A DNA stretch of 64,000 nt from Candidatus Uhrbacteria bacterium (GTDB lineage: Bacteria; Patescibacteriota; Patescibacteriia; UBA9934), in NCBI GenBank assembly GCA_963822405.1, contig CAWGHH010000002.1, positions 23,569 through 87,568 of the forward strand, in the 5' to 3' direction. A program made the position numbers and the translations under genes. Position 1 is the first letter of the stretch. Each line of letters starts with the position of its first letter. Below are positions 34,102 to 43,756 of this stretch, in pieces. The notes beneath the pieces are model-generated. The model had not been told where the DNA came from, made no database searches, and was given only the letters and a program-made list of their open reading frames with translations.

Positions 34102-35121
34102 ATGAAGCTTTTAATAACTGGAGGTGCTGGGTTTATTGGATCGAACTTTGTTCGTCATGTTTTGCGCGAACGCAGGTTTATCCAAGTATTGAATTTTGAT
34201 TTGCTGACTTACGCGGGCAACCAGGAGAACTTAGCAGATTTGTCTGGTGACCCTCGGTATCGTTTTGTGCAGGGTGACATTGCAAACCCAGGACTTGTAG
34301 ATAAAGTTTTTGAGGATTTTAAGCCGGACGCCATTATTAACTTCGCTGCAGAAACGCACGTTGATAGATCCATTCACGGGGGAGCGGCCGATTTTGTGCG
34401 GACAAATGTGATGGGCGTGCAGGTATTACTTGAGGCCGTGAAGAAACATAAGACAACTGCCTACGTCCAGATTTCTACAGACGAAGTTTACGGCGCACTC
34501 GATCTTGACTCTGGCTTACCAAAAGTCGAGACTGATACGTTCGAACCAAACTCGCCATACTCCGCAAGTAAAGCGGGAGGCGATTTGCTGTGTCGCGCCT
34601 ATCATCAGACTTACGGCGTGCCGGTGATTGTTACTCATGCCGCGAATAATTACGGGCCATATCATTTCCCCGAAAAAATTATTCCGTTTTTTATTACTCG
34701 CGCGCTGAAGGACGAAAAATTGCCACTGTACGGCGATGGAAAAAATGTTCGCGATTGGTTGCACGTTGAGGACCATTGTTCGGCGATACTTGCGGTACTC
34801 GAACGCGGTGTGTTCGGCGGGGTTTATAATATCGGCGCGGACAATGAGTGGGCGAATATTGATCTGGCGAAAATGATCTTGAAGATTCTCGGCAAGCCAG
34901 AGGATCTACTCGCTTATGTTGCGGATCGACCAGCTCATGACCGTCGTTATTCATTGTCGAGCGAAAAGATTCGTCGAGAACTAGGTTGGAAGCCGAAGTA
35001 TGGTCGAGATTCATTTGAACAGGGAATGAGGGAAACTGTCGAGTGGTTTTTGGCGCACCAGGAATGGGTTGAACAGGCTATGGCTCGATCAAAAGGCGTT
35101 AACGAACATATCACACTATGA
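34102..35121 (+). CDS. rfbB: dTDP-glucose 4,6-dehydratase
   Basis: GGAGFIGSNFVRHVL, YSASKAGGDLL catalytic YxxxK motif, and C-terminal RFBB-like region. Confidence 0.9.
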   Translation: MKLLITGGAGFIGSNFVRHVLRERRFIQVLNFDLLTYAGNQENLADLSGDPRYRFVQGDIANPGLVDKVFEDFKPDAIINFAAETHVDRSIHGGAADFVRTNVMGVQVLLEAVKKHKTTAYVQISTDEVYGALDLDSGLPKVETDTFEPNSPYSASKAGGDLLCRAYHQTYGVPVIVTHAANNYGPYHFPEKIIPFFITRALKDEKLPLYGDGKNVRDWLHVEDHCSAILAVLERGVFGGVYNIGADNEWANIDLAKMILKILGKPEDLLAYVADRPAHDRRYSLSSEKIRRELGWKPKYGRDSFEQGMRETVEWFLAHQEWVEQAMARSKGVNEHITL

Positions 35122-35981
35122 GGATTTTAATTTTCGGCCACGGGTTTCTTGGCCAGCGCGCACTGGGTGCGTGGGGTGATGACGCGATCTTGTCTGAGCG
35201 GCGTATTTCTACGCGTGAAGACGCGCTTGCGGAGATTAAAAAATACCAGCCCGATGCCGTCTTGAATGCCATTGGCATCACGGGGAAACCGAACGTCGAT
35301 TGGTGCGACATTACTGATAATCGAGTTGCGACGATGCGTGGCAACGTGATCATCCCGCTTGAAATTGCGGACGCTTGTCAGGAAGCCGGCGTGTATCTTT
35401 TGCACATGGGTTCTGGTTGTATCTACTACGGAGATTCTCCGCATCCAGACAAAGCATGGCGCGAAAATGACCACGGAAATCCTGAGCCGGTGTATTCGCG
35501 TTCAAAGCTCGCGGCGGATTTAATGTTGTCGACGCTCCCGAATGTTGGTATTGGTCGTGTCCGCATGCCGATTGATCATATTCCAGGGTCTAGAAACCTT
35601 ATCGACAAACTTGCGAAGTATCCCAAGATTATCGACGTTGAAAATTCCGTCACCGTTATCGACGACATGTTGAATGTGTTTCACCAACTCATGGAGAAAA
35701 AAGCTCCAGGTATTTTTCACGTTACGAATCCAGGAACAATGAAGCACCGCGACTTGATGGCGTTGTATGTCGAACTCGTAAACCCCGCACATACAAACGA
35801 ATGGATCACCGCCGAAGACCTCGTCGCCCAAGGACTCGCCACGAAATTGCGTTCCAATAATTTCCTCGCCTCAGAACGCCTCGGCGAGTTTGGCATTTTA
35901 ATGCGTCCGATCTCGATTGCGTTGCGTGACACGATGGAAAAATATGCCGCTAATGTTAAGGCTGCTCGAGCCACTTTTTAA
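35118..35981 (+). CDS. rfbD: dTDP-4-dehydrorhamnose reductase
   Basis: MRILIFGHGFLGQ N-terminus, YSRSKLAAD YxxxK motif; 4-nt overlap with rfbB. Confidence 0.8.
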   Translation: MRILIFGHGFLGQRALGAWGDDAILSERRISTREDALAEIKKYQPDAVLNAIGITGKPNVDWCDITDNRVATMRGNVIIPLEIADACQEAGVYLLHMGSGCIYYGDSPHPDKAWRENDHGNPEPVYSRSKLAADLMLSTLPNVGIGRVRMPIDHIPGSRNLIDKLAKYPKIIDVENSVTVIDDMLNVFHQLMEKKAPGIFHVTNPGTMKHRDLMALYVELVNPAHTNEWITAEDLVAQGLATKLRSNNFLASERLGEFGILMRPISIALRDTMEKYAANVKAARATF

Positions 35982-36060
35982 TTTCATTGTTTCACTGTTG
36001 CGAAAGTATCAAGCAAAAACGGGATTATTACCGATCAATTATTGGCATGCGATTATTAAA

Positions 36061-36453
36061 ATGACTCCGGTTGCGGCAATAGAGCTCATCGTATTGCGTG
36101 GCGCGGGAGCTGATCAGGAGATTCTTTTGCTTCGCAGGTCGTCAACGGATCCCATTTGGCCAAATCAGCTTCATTTTCCAGGCACGGTCATTAGGAATGG
36201 CGATTCGCTCGAAAAAGCACTTGATCGTGACGCGAAAGAAATCGGACTCGATCAATTCTCTTGCCCTCCTCAATTTTTTGGATTTGATATTTGTCCAAGT
36301 GAACGAAACTATGTTGTTTCGCTTTGTTATGTCTTGGAGGCAGGCGATTTTACCCCAATAATTGGTGAATTCCATAGCTTGAACGCGCTGCCAAGCGATA
36401 TGATGCAGTATCAGATCGGCCAACTCACGCGACTGGGGATTTTGACCAAATAG
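36061..36453 (+). CDS. NUDIX-like hydrolase (degenerate Nudix box)
   Basis: LLLRRSSTDPIWPNQLHFPGTVIRNGDSLEKALDRDAKEIGL resembles a Nudix fold, with G in place of the first catalytic E. ATG 36061 is chosen to avoid overlap with rfbD. Confidence 0.4.
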   Translation: MTPVAAIELIVLRGAGADQEILLLRRSSTDPIWPNQLHFPGTVIRNGDSLEKALDRDAKEIGLDQFSCPPQFFGFDICPSERNYVVSLCYVLEAGDFTPIIGEFHSLNALPSDMMQYQIGQLTRLGILTK

Positions 36454-36481
36454 CTACTTCTTTGCTAATGTACCCCGTGAT

Positions 36482-37561
36482 ATGAAAGCACTTTTGACAG
36501 CTGGGGGACTGGCCACGAGATTGCGTCCAATCACTTGGACTTTGAATAAGCATTTGATTCCACTCGCTAATAAGCCGATGCTTGGGTATGCGATCGAAAA
36601 GTTAGTCGACGCGGGGATTACGGAGATTGGGATCAATGTAAATATTGGAGATACGGAAATTGCCGGGGCTTTTGGTGATGGGTCAAAGTTTGGTGCGAAG
36701 ATTTCGTACTTGGAACAGCCAGGAGGACCGCTTGGTATTGCGCACGCGGTGAATGCGCAACAGGCATTTTTGGGAGACGAGCCATTTATTTTTTTCTTGG
36801 GCGATAACATTGTTCTCGGAAGTTTGAAACGCTTTGTCGATAAATTCGAGTCTGAGAAATTAAACTGTTTGCTCGCGCTTTCTCGCGTGAAGAATCCGAA
36901 TCGTTTCGGTGTTCCTGTTTTTGATGAAGCCGGAAGGATTACGAGTGTAGAGGAGAAGCCAGCGAACCCAAAGAGTCAGTACGCAGTGACGGGTATTTAT
37001 GTGTACGACAAAAGTTTCTTTGAAGCGTTCAAGCACATCGCGCCTTCTGCTCGCGGTGAGTACGAAATTTCTGATATTCACACGTGGCTTTTGCAGAACA
37101 ACTATAACGTTGGTCATGAAGAAATTACGGGTTGGTGGAAGGACACGGGGAATCCAGAAGACTTGCTGGAAGGCAACGCACTTTTCTTGAATGAGCTACC
37201 CGTTGAAAAAGTGGTCATGCAAGGTGAGGTGATGGACGGTGCAATTATCCAGGGCAAAGTGAGCGTGGGTGCCGGTACAAAAATTGGTCCGAAAGTTTTG
37301 ATTCGTGGACCAGTGGTTATTGGTGAAGGCTGCATTATCAACGAGGCGTACATTGGTCCTTATACCTCTATCGGGAATGCCGTTACACTCGACGGCACAG
37401 AGATTGAACATTCTATTGTCTTCGACGGTGCTGCTATTCGTTGCGGCAAGAGAATTGTCGACAGTCTGATCGGGAAGAATGCGGTTGTGACACGTGTCGA
37501 GGAATCTCTGCCACACGGGCACAAGCTAGTAGTCGGCGATCACGCGAGAGTTGAACTCTAG
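36482..37561 (+). CDS. rmlA: glucose-1-phosphate thymidylyltransferase, long form with C-terminal left-handed beta-helix
   Basis: MKALLTAGGLATRLRPITWTLNKHLIPLANKPML nucleotidyltransferase motif; hexapeptide repeats in the C-terminal 120 aa; 359 aa. Confidence 0.8.
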   Translation: MKALLTAGGLATRLRPITWTLNKHLIPLANKPMLGYAIEKLVDAGITEIGINVNIGDTEIAGAFGDGSKFGAKISYLEQPGGPLGIAHAVNAQQAFLGDEPFIFFLGDNIVLGSLKRFVDKFESEKLNCLLALSRVKNPNRFGVPVFDEAGRITSVEEKPANPKSQYAVTGIYVYDKSFFEAFKHIAPSARGEYEISDIHTWLLQNNYNVGHEEITGWWKDTGNPEDLLEGNALFLNELPVEKVVMQGEVMDGAIIQGKVSVGAGTKIGPKVLIRGPVVIGEGCIINEAYIGPYTSIGNAVTLDGTEIEHSIVFDGAAIRCGKRIVDSLIGKNAVVTRVEESLPHGHKLVVGDHARVEL

Positions 37562-37576
37562 TATATAAAAGCAATC

Positions 37577-37612
37577 GCCCGCCAGAGGATCTCCTCCGGC
37601 GGGCCGTTTTTG
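37577..37612. terminator. bidirectional rho-independent terminator between convergent rmlA and the GNAT gene
   Basis: CCCGCC-AGAGGATCTCCTCC-GGCGGG stem followed by TTTTTG; the complement strand also ends in a T-run. Confidence 0.6.
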
Positions 37613-37621
37613 TTATCTGAC

Positions 37622-38053
37622 TCAGAGTTTGAGCCGGTACGTGTTCGTGTCCCTTTGTTCGAAGCCCAGCGATTGATAGAGCTTGTTCGCCGCTACGCGT
37701 GATGGGCGACTCGTGAGATGGAGGTGAGTCATGTGAAGACTCGTGGCGTCGTTCATGAGTGCTTTCATGATTGCCTTGCTAACGCCCTGTCCGCGATAGG
37801 ATTCTGTTACAACGACCCCTTCTACGTGTCCCTCGGTTCCATCGAGCGTATACGCAGGAACAAGCGTTGCCATGCCGATGATGAGCGTGTCATCAATGGC
37901 GAGCCAGAGCCGACTGAACCTTACGGCGTTACAGAGGCCGTTGAAGTCTATGTCTTTCGTCCTTTCGGAAAGCTCTTTGCGGAGAGCATTGATCATCGCC
38001 ACTTCTTCGACGATCCGATTGAACTCATTTAGACGAACAATCGTGAAGTTCAT
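37622..38053 (-). CDS. GNAT-family N-acetyltransferase
   Basis: VVVTESYRGQGVSKAIMKAL acetyl-CoA binding motif (Q/RxxGxG/A); 143 aa. Confidence 0.8.
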   Translation of the reverse strand: MNFTIVRLNEFNRIVEEVAMINALRKELSERTKDIDFNGLCNAVRFSRLWLAIDDTLIIGMATLVPAYTLDGTEGHVEGVVVTESYRGQGVSKAIMKALMNDATSLHMTHLHLTSRPSRVAANKLYQSLGFEQRDTNTYRLKL

Positions 38054-38486
38054 GAAAACACCTCCTGGAGGAGGGTATCAATTCCCTGATTCTTTTAAAA
38101 GGGGGAGGCATCTTGTGCGTTTATAATAGTTGTCGGGAGAGATATTGTTCTGTTGGGGGCACTCGAGTTTGGTGTACCGCAAGTGTACACCTGACGGACG
38201 GTTTGCAGAGAATTAAATCAGTAACTTGAGGTTACCAGACACGCCAGTATCGTAGTATTTCGATCTCATCGAGGAGATCCGCGGCGTTTAACACAGCTCA
38301 ATGTTTTCAGGCAGATGTTTGTGCTCGATAACGAAGAAGGTACCCCGTTGAGAAATCCAAAATTCCCATATCCAGACCTGACCCCATCTTACGTTATTTG
38401 GATGTCATCTCTAATAAAAGGTCACTTCCAATAGCCCACCTCTAGGCCCTTCGCCTACGCTCAGGGACTAATGCAGTTATCCGTCA

Positions 38487-39581
38487 CTACCACCGCACAA
38501 TGAATTTCACTATCTTGAAATAGAATTCCATGATCGGGTTTGCGAATCTTGTCACCAGAGGGTTCTCCATAGAAGATTCTTGAAACAGAATCGAGCCGAC
38601 ACAACTCGCCAATATAGTTTTGTCCGAAATCTGACGCATGGCCTGCGTTTGTTTCCGTTTGCCGAGCCAGAGTTTCCACGTAGAAGGTTTGATCCAATAC
38701 TTGAGAACCTTTACGCGTTCGCTGACCCAGCCACCTTTAAGCGCAAAGACCCAGAGGCCTAGCTCGAGCGGAATCAGAATTGGTAGGATAAGAAGCAACG
38801 TCGGCCACTTATAGAACATGAGTAGCACAGCGTAACGGTTCCGTTCCATCCAGTAGAACTTAGTGATTGATTTGGAGAATTCGTATTTGTGATAAAAGAT
38901 GGAATCGCGTACACAAACCACACGGTATTTATTGATTTTGAGTCGCAAAGACCATTCTAAATCTTCGTGATACATGAAGAAATTTTCATCCCATGCGCCG
39001 AGCGCTTGAACGACACTCGAACGTACCATGAACGCCGCGCCACTTGCGTAGGGAACGTCGTAAACAGCCGGAAGGTTTAGGTCGGTCAGCTTTTTTTGAT
39101 AATCGTTGCAGTATCCGAAACCTAGATAGTGGAAAGCGTTACCGGAAGTATTCACGAGCTCCTTGTTATTAAATAGAAGAATCATGGATTGAGCGATCCC
39201 AATAGTTGAATCGGCTTCCATGGCTTCGACTAGCTTCAAGATACAATCTTTGCCTAGGGCTGCGTCATTATTGTGAAAGAAGACGTAATCAAAGCCTTTA
39301 TCAAGCGCCCAGGCGACGCCGGCGTTGTTGCCAATACCAAAACCGCCATTTTCTGGTTGCGGTAAGTAGGTGACATGTGGAATTTCTTTGCCGGAGAGGG
39401 GGAGGATGTGTTCTTCCACGTACTTATTCGACAATCCATGAACTGGATGTGGATTATCCACGATCACAAATTCGACTAACTCTTTTGGGTAGTTAAGTGT
39501 TTTGAGTGCATCGACTACGTCTGGAAAATATGGCTCAGAATGAAATGAAAGATAAATAACCGCTACTTTTTTATTCGGCAT
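38487..39581 (-). CDS. glycosyltransferase family 2
   Basis: VIYLSFHSEPYFPDVVDAL...VIVDNPHP N-terminal GT-A fold, DAAL/DxD region; 364 aa with a C-terminal membrane-associated extension. Confidence 0.75.
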   Translation of the reverse strand: MPNKKVAVIYLSFHSEPYFPDVVDALKTLNYPKELVEFVIVDNPHPVHGLSNKYVEEHILPLSGKEIPHVTYLPQPENGGFGIGNNAGVAWALDKGFDYVFFHNNDAALGKDCILKLVEAMEADSTIGIAQSMILLFNNKELVNTSGNAFHYLGFGYCNDYQKKLTDLNLPAVYDVPYASGAAFMVRSSVVQALGAWDENFFMYHEDLEWSLRLKINKYRVVCVRDSIFYHKYEFSKSITKFYWMERNRYAVLLMFYKWPTLLLILPILIPLELGLWVFALKGGWVSERVKVLKYWIKPSTWKLWLGKRKQTQAMRQISDKTILASCVGSILFQESSMENPLVTRFANPIMEFYFKIVKFIVRW

Positions 39582-40410
39582 AATTTCTGTGTTTGAAAGA
39601 CCACTTAGCTAAATATCTAAACCAGCTGGCACCGTGGATCCGAGCGAGTTTGTTTTTGAGAATAGCCGAAATAATTCCCGGCACTTTAGCGCTTTCACGT
39701 TCATGTACGTGAGTGATCTCAATGTCATGGACGTAATATACTTTCCAACCACGTTCCCACATTGTTCGGCACCAATCGCAGTCTTCAAGGTACATGAAAT
39801 AGCGTTCGTCAAACCAGCCGACTTCTTGAATAGCTTCGCCCCTAACAAGCAAGGCCGCACCAAGCACCCAGTCTACAGGCCGAGTGCTCGCATGATCAAA
39901 ATCAGCCATTTGCAGCCGGCTTACAAGGCGTTTCACGAGCGGTAATTTCTCGTCCAACTTTGCTTGCTTGAACGGTTTGACTAGAATAGACGGCAGATCA
40001 AACCTGTAGCACGAACTCTGTAGCCGGCCATCAGGGTAGACAAGCTTTGGTCCGCAGATGCCAACTAAAGGGTTTGCGTCCATGAAAGCTACCAACCGAT
40101 CCATTACCTTTGTTCCGCCGTTCATGTCAGTATCGCGGTTTAAAGCAAAATAATATCGGGCTGGGTAAGTCTTGAAACCGATTGTATTACCTGTGCCAAA
40201 ACCTACATTACCTCCAGCATCAATATATTTCACGCTCGGGAGTGCAGAGCTGAGAGCCTCACGGATTCCGTCTACGTTCGCTGAGTTATCAACTACCACG
40301 ATCTCGACTGACAACGCCGAGCCGCTTAAGTCCGAAATAACCGCCGCAGCTGCGCGGAGGATATCTGCCTTCATCTTATAATTTACAAATACTACCGTAA
40401 CGTCCGTCAT
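39571..40410 (-). CDS. glycosyltransferase family 2
   Basis: VVFVNYKMKADIL...VVVDNSAN, DTDM and YLEDCDWC motifs typical of rhamnosyl/galactofuranosyl GT2 enzymes; 11-nt overlap with the downstream GT2. Confidence 0.8.
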   Translation of the reverse strand: MTDVTVVFVNYKMKADILRAAAAVISDLSGSALSVEIVVVDNSANVDGIREALSSALPSVKYIDAGGNVGFGTGNTIGFKTYPARYYFALNRDTDMNGGTKVMDRLVAFMDANPLVGICGPKLVYPDGRLQSSCYRFDLPSILVKPFKQAKLDEKLPLVKRLVSRLQMADFDHASTRPVDWVLGAALLVRGEAIQEVGWFDERYFMYLEDCDWCRTMWERGWKVYYVHDIEITHVHERESAKVPGIISAILKNKLARIHGASWFRYLAKWSFKHRNYAE

Positions 40411-40427
40411 ACGTCGTTCACTGAACC

Positions 40428-41615
40428 TTACTGTACTAACCTTCTCCTTTCAAGGGTTGGGGTTCCATCAATATTCATGATGATATAGAGGTTCTTTGCG
40501 CCCTTATCTAGCCACATATCAGTTACCGGGGCTTTAGAATCAAGAAGAATTGTGGAAACTCGGCCATTGAAGGCATCTTTATCAATGGCATTGATATGCG
40601 TCGATGTGCCCACTAGCACCGCTGATCCACTTGGGTGCCAGGCTAGGTTAGTGATCAAATCACTTTGTCTGGTGAAGAAAGTTTTTTCGCCAGTGGTTGC
40701 GTCATAGCTACTCACTTCAATGCCATCTGACCAGGCTAGAAAATGAAGATCAGGTAACCAGCTAATTATTGAGGCTGACGAGTCTAGCGTCACCACATTG
40801 TTTCCAGAGAGGGATAGCACGGTGAGCATTTTGCGTTCATCTTTTAAAACGGCAAACTCATCATCAAAGGCGACTACGTTGTACGTTCCGTCTGGTAGCA
40901 GGGCGAGTGTTTTGCTGTTATCACGAACTGGATGTACTTCGATATTTTTTCCGTTGTTAACGAGCACTATTGGAGCATTTTCGTCATTCGCCGAAAAGAC
41001 ACTAGCACTAACTTTTTCTCCGCTGACTGTAAAACCCTCAAACGGTAATCCGTTTTGCCATAAGACAAAAAGATTTTTACTTTCATTATAGGTGGCGGTA
41101 TACGGCGTGGAAGATATTGGCAGGGTACCGAGTTTTTTTGAAAAATGAGTTAGATCGTCATATAAGGTTATTGTCGAGCCATCAAGTTCAGGGGTAACGG
41201 CGAACAGATAGCGACCGTTGATTGATCGAGCGAAGACTGATCCGACCCCAAAACTAGTGAGTTTTTCTGGCGTAGTGTCGGCGTAAAGAATGGCGGACAC
41301 ATATGTTGTTCGACCTGCGCTCACTGGAACTGTTTGTTCCCAGGAAATATAGCCGGCGCGTTCAAAACGAACCCGGGTGTCATGGGGGAGTACGTTCTGG
41401 ATAACTGTTGGTGTCTTGGCTGATTCTTTTTTACCGTCAATTAATACTGTTGCTCCTCTTGGGCTGGTGCTACTAGCTACGGCACCGGTTTCAAGGACGC
41501 GGTAATTGTTTAAACTAAGGCGGTAGCCGGCCGTGTAGAGAACTACAAGTGGCGCAGACACTAGGAAAGCGCCAGCGAAGAAGAAAAAGAGAATTTGGCG
41601 TGTTGTTTTACGCAT
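40428..41615 (-). CDS. hypothetical membrane-anchored extracytoplasmic protein (beta-propeller-like?)
   Basis: N-terminal TM segment (ILFFFFAGAFLVSAPLVVLYTAGY), then 360 aa of beta-rich sequence; no confident family. Confidence 0.5.
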   Translation of the reverse strand: MRKTTRQILFFFFAGAFLVSAPLVVLYTAGYRLSLNNYRVLETGAVASSTSPRGATVLIDGKKESAKTPTVIQNVLPHDTRVRFERAGYISWEQTVPVSAGRTTYVSAILYADTTPEKLTSFGVGSVFARSINGRYLFAVTPELDGSTITLYDDLTHFSKKLGTLPISSTPYTATYNESKNLFVLWQNGLPFEGFTVSGEKVSASVFSANDENAPIVLVNNGKNIEVHPVRDNSKTLALLPDGTYNVVAFDDEFAVLKDERKMLTVLSLSGNNVVTLDSSASIISWLPDLHFLAWSDGIEVSSYDATTGEKTFFTRQSDLITNLAWHPSGSAVLVGTSTHINAIDKDAFNGRVSTILLDSKAPVTDMWLDKGAKNLYIIMNIDGTPTLERRRLVQ

Positions 41616-41644
41616 ACCAGTATGGTAGCATGTCTTAGAAATCT

Positions 41645-42871
41645 ATGAGAATCGCACCCTCTTCTTTACCCCGTTCCTTTAAGGCATTTATCCTCCTTAC
41701 TGGTACGGCAGCTGTGTTTTCAGGTGGATTTATTGCTGGTCGAGTGCCAACGGTTAATGGCGCAGTGCCAACTGTTGATAGTGTAGCTAACATGGGAACT
41801 CTGCCGCCCTTCGCCATGAAGGACGTAGACTTTAACATGTTTTGGGACGTTTGGAAGCTGGCCAAATCTCAGTACGTAGACCAGCCAGTATCTGACAAGG
41901 AACTATTCTACGGCGCACTTGATGGCATGGTATTTGGTCTAAAAGACCGGTACTCCACCTTCTTTGATCCAGAGAAGGCTCAAGCCTTTAATGACGAGCT
42001 TGATGGCACGTTCTTTGGCATCGGCGCGCAGATAGGGTTAGACAAAGACGGTCTAATCACGGTTATTGCGCCTCTTCCGGGGACGCCAGCTGATAAAGCC
42101 GGTATCATGGCCGAAGATCATATTTTGGCCATTGACGCGGTTGACACAGCCGGCATGACAGTGGACGAAGCTGTCTCGAAAATTAGAGGAGAAAAGGGGA
42201 CGCCAGTAAAACTGACTATTCTGTCCAAGGGTTCAAAGACTCCAAAGCCAGTTGAGATTGTTCGTGATGAGATTTCTGTAAAGAGTGTAACTTGGAAGAT
42301 GCGTGATGACGGAATCGCCGTGGTTTCTATTACCATCTTCAATGAAGACACTTCTAAACTTTTCGGCGATGCGGTGACGGACATCATGACAAAGAATCCA
42401 AAGGGGTTGATTGTTGACTTGAGAAATAATCCAGGTGGACTTTTAGACGCCGCTATTAATTTATCTGGTTATTGGATGGATGGTAAGACGGCAGTTATGG
42501 AGGAGGTGCGTGGCAAGAGAACTGAGAGCGTAGCTCACGGCAATAACGCTCTTTCTAAAGTACCTACTATGGTGCTGGTGAATGGTGGCTCAGCTTCAGC
42601 TTCAGAAATTCTCTCTGGCGCGCTTCAGGATTATCACTTCGCAACTTTGATCGGTGAGAAAACTTTTGGTAAAGGTTCTGTTCAGGAGTACCATGATCTG
42701 CCAGATGGTAGTGCGGTTAAAATTACAGTTGCTAGATGGTTGACTCCGCTTGGGAGATCAATTGATAAAGAGGGCATCACCCCGGATGATGTGGTGCCGT
42801 ACACTATAGAAGATTTACATGCCGATAGAGACCCCCAGCTTCAAAAGGCGGTCAGTCTCCTCAAGAAATAA
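41645..42871 (+). CDS. ctpA: carboxyl-terminal processing protease (S41 family) with PDZ domain
   Basis: PDZ region (GIGAQIGLDKDGLITVIAPLPGTPADKAG) and S41 catalytic region (VLVNGGSASASEILSGALQD...GEKTFGKGSVQ). Confidence 0.88.
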   Translation: MRIAPSSLPRSFKAFILLTGTAAVFSGGFIAGRVPTVNGAVPTVDSVANMGTLPPFAMKDVDFNMFWDVWKLAKSQYVDQPVSDKELFYGALDGMVFGLKDRYSTFFDPEKAQAFNDELDGTFFGIGAQIGLDKDGLITVIAPLPGTPADKAGIMAEDHILAIDAVDTAGMTVDEAVSKIRGEKGTPVKLTILSKGSKTPKPVEIVRDEISVKSVTWKMRDDGIAVVSITIFNEDTSKLFGDAVTDIMTKNPKGLIVDLRNNPGGLLDAAINLSGYWMDGKTAVMEEVRGKRTESVAHGNNALSKVPTMVLVNGGSASASEILSGALQDYHFATLIGEKTFGKGSVQEYHDLPDGSAVKITVARWLTPLGRSIDKEGITPDDVVPYTIEDLHADRDPQLQKAVSLLKK

Positions 42872-43376
42872 GCCCGGAGGAGGCAAACACCGTACCGAAG
42901 TCTCAGCCGGAGGCTTAGTTTTTAAGCGTACCAAAGACGGTGTATTTTTTGCCATGGTTGTAGATTCTTATGGCAAGTGGGCGTTTCCTAAGGGCCACGT
43001 TAAGCTCGACGAAAGATACCGAGAAGCGGCTGTGCGAGAGATCCGCGAAGAGATGGGGCTTACTAGGCTACGAACAATTGCCAGACTCGACACCATAGAC
43101 ATTTGGTTCCGCGACCGGTTTGTGCACAAAGGCTCGCTCATCCATAAATACATTCATTATTTTCTATTCGAGGCTCCACCGGACGCCGGCCTCACTAAGC
43201 CCGCGCCGAAGGACGAGGGCGAGACAATTAAGGATGTAGCCTGGGTTCCGGCGGAAGAGTTGCTCAAACGCTCGAGCTACAAAGATATGCTTGGTATAAT
43301 CAAGAAGGCTCTACGCCTATGCTCGTCACCCTCTTGGAAAACGTCGCGTCACTTGGCTCCGAAGGCCAAGCTGTAG
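42819..43376 (+). CDS. NUDIX hydrolase
   Basis: Nudix box KGHVKLDERYREAAVREIREEMGL. Start uncertain (42819 overlaps ctpA by 53 nt); the 3' end overlaps rplI by 58 nt. Confidence 0.7.
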   Translation: MPIETPSFKRRSVSSRNKPGGGKHRTEVSAGGLVFKRTKDGVFFAMVVDSYGKWAFPKGHVKLDERYREAAVREIREEMGLTRLRTIARLDTIDIWFRDRFVHKGSLIHKYIHYFLFEAPPDAGLTKPAPKDEGETIKDVAWVPAEELLKRSSYKDMLGIIKKALRLCSSPSWKTSRHLAPKAKL

Positions 43377-43738
43377 AAGTGCCGGAAGGCTACGCTACGC
43401 ATTTTTTATTTCCGCAACATCTAGCCGTCGAGGGGGGAGAAAAAGAACCAAAGGAGATAAAGAACCAAGAACCAACCAAGGTTGAACTTGAAGAAGAAAA
43501 ATTAGCAGCAGAAATCGATGGCGTAGAAGTTGTCATCCCGGCGAAATCGGTCAAGGGGAAACCAGAGACTGCAGTAACCGCAACAGAAATCAGAAAAGGA
43601 TTAAAAGAACTTGGCTATACTGTGCCTAAGGATGCTATTAAAACTTTACAACTTTACAACTTTACTACTGTGGAGGTCCCTGTGGAGTTCTCCTCTGGCT
43701 TTGAAGCACAAATAAAGGTTACTGTAGAGCCGGCCTGA
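43319..43738 (+). CDS. rplI: 50S ribosomal protein L9
   Basis: N-terminus MLVTLLENVASLGSEGQAVEVPEGYATHFLFPQ aligns with E. coli L9 [33 protein letters not shown]; 139 aa. Confidence 0.88.
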   Translation: MLVTLLENVASLGSEGQAVEVPEGYATHFLFPQHLAVEGGEKEPKEIKNQEPTKVELEEEKLAAEIDGVEVVIPAKSVKGKPETAVTATEIRKGLKELGYTVPKDAIKTLQLYNFTTVEVPVEFSSGFEAQIKVTVEPA

Positions 43739-43756
43739 TGGGCCGGTTCTTCTTTT

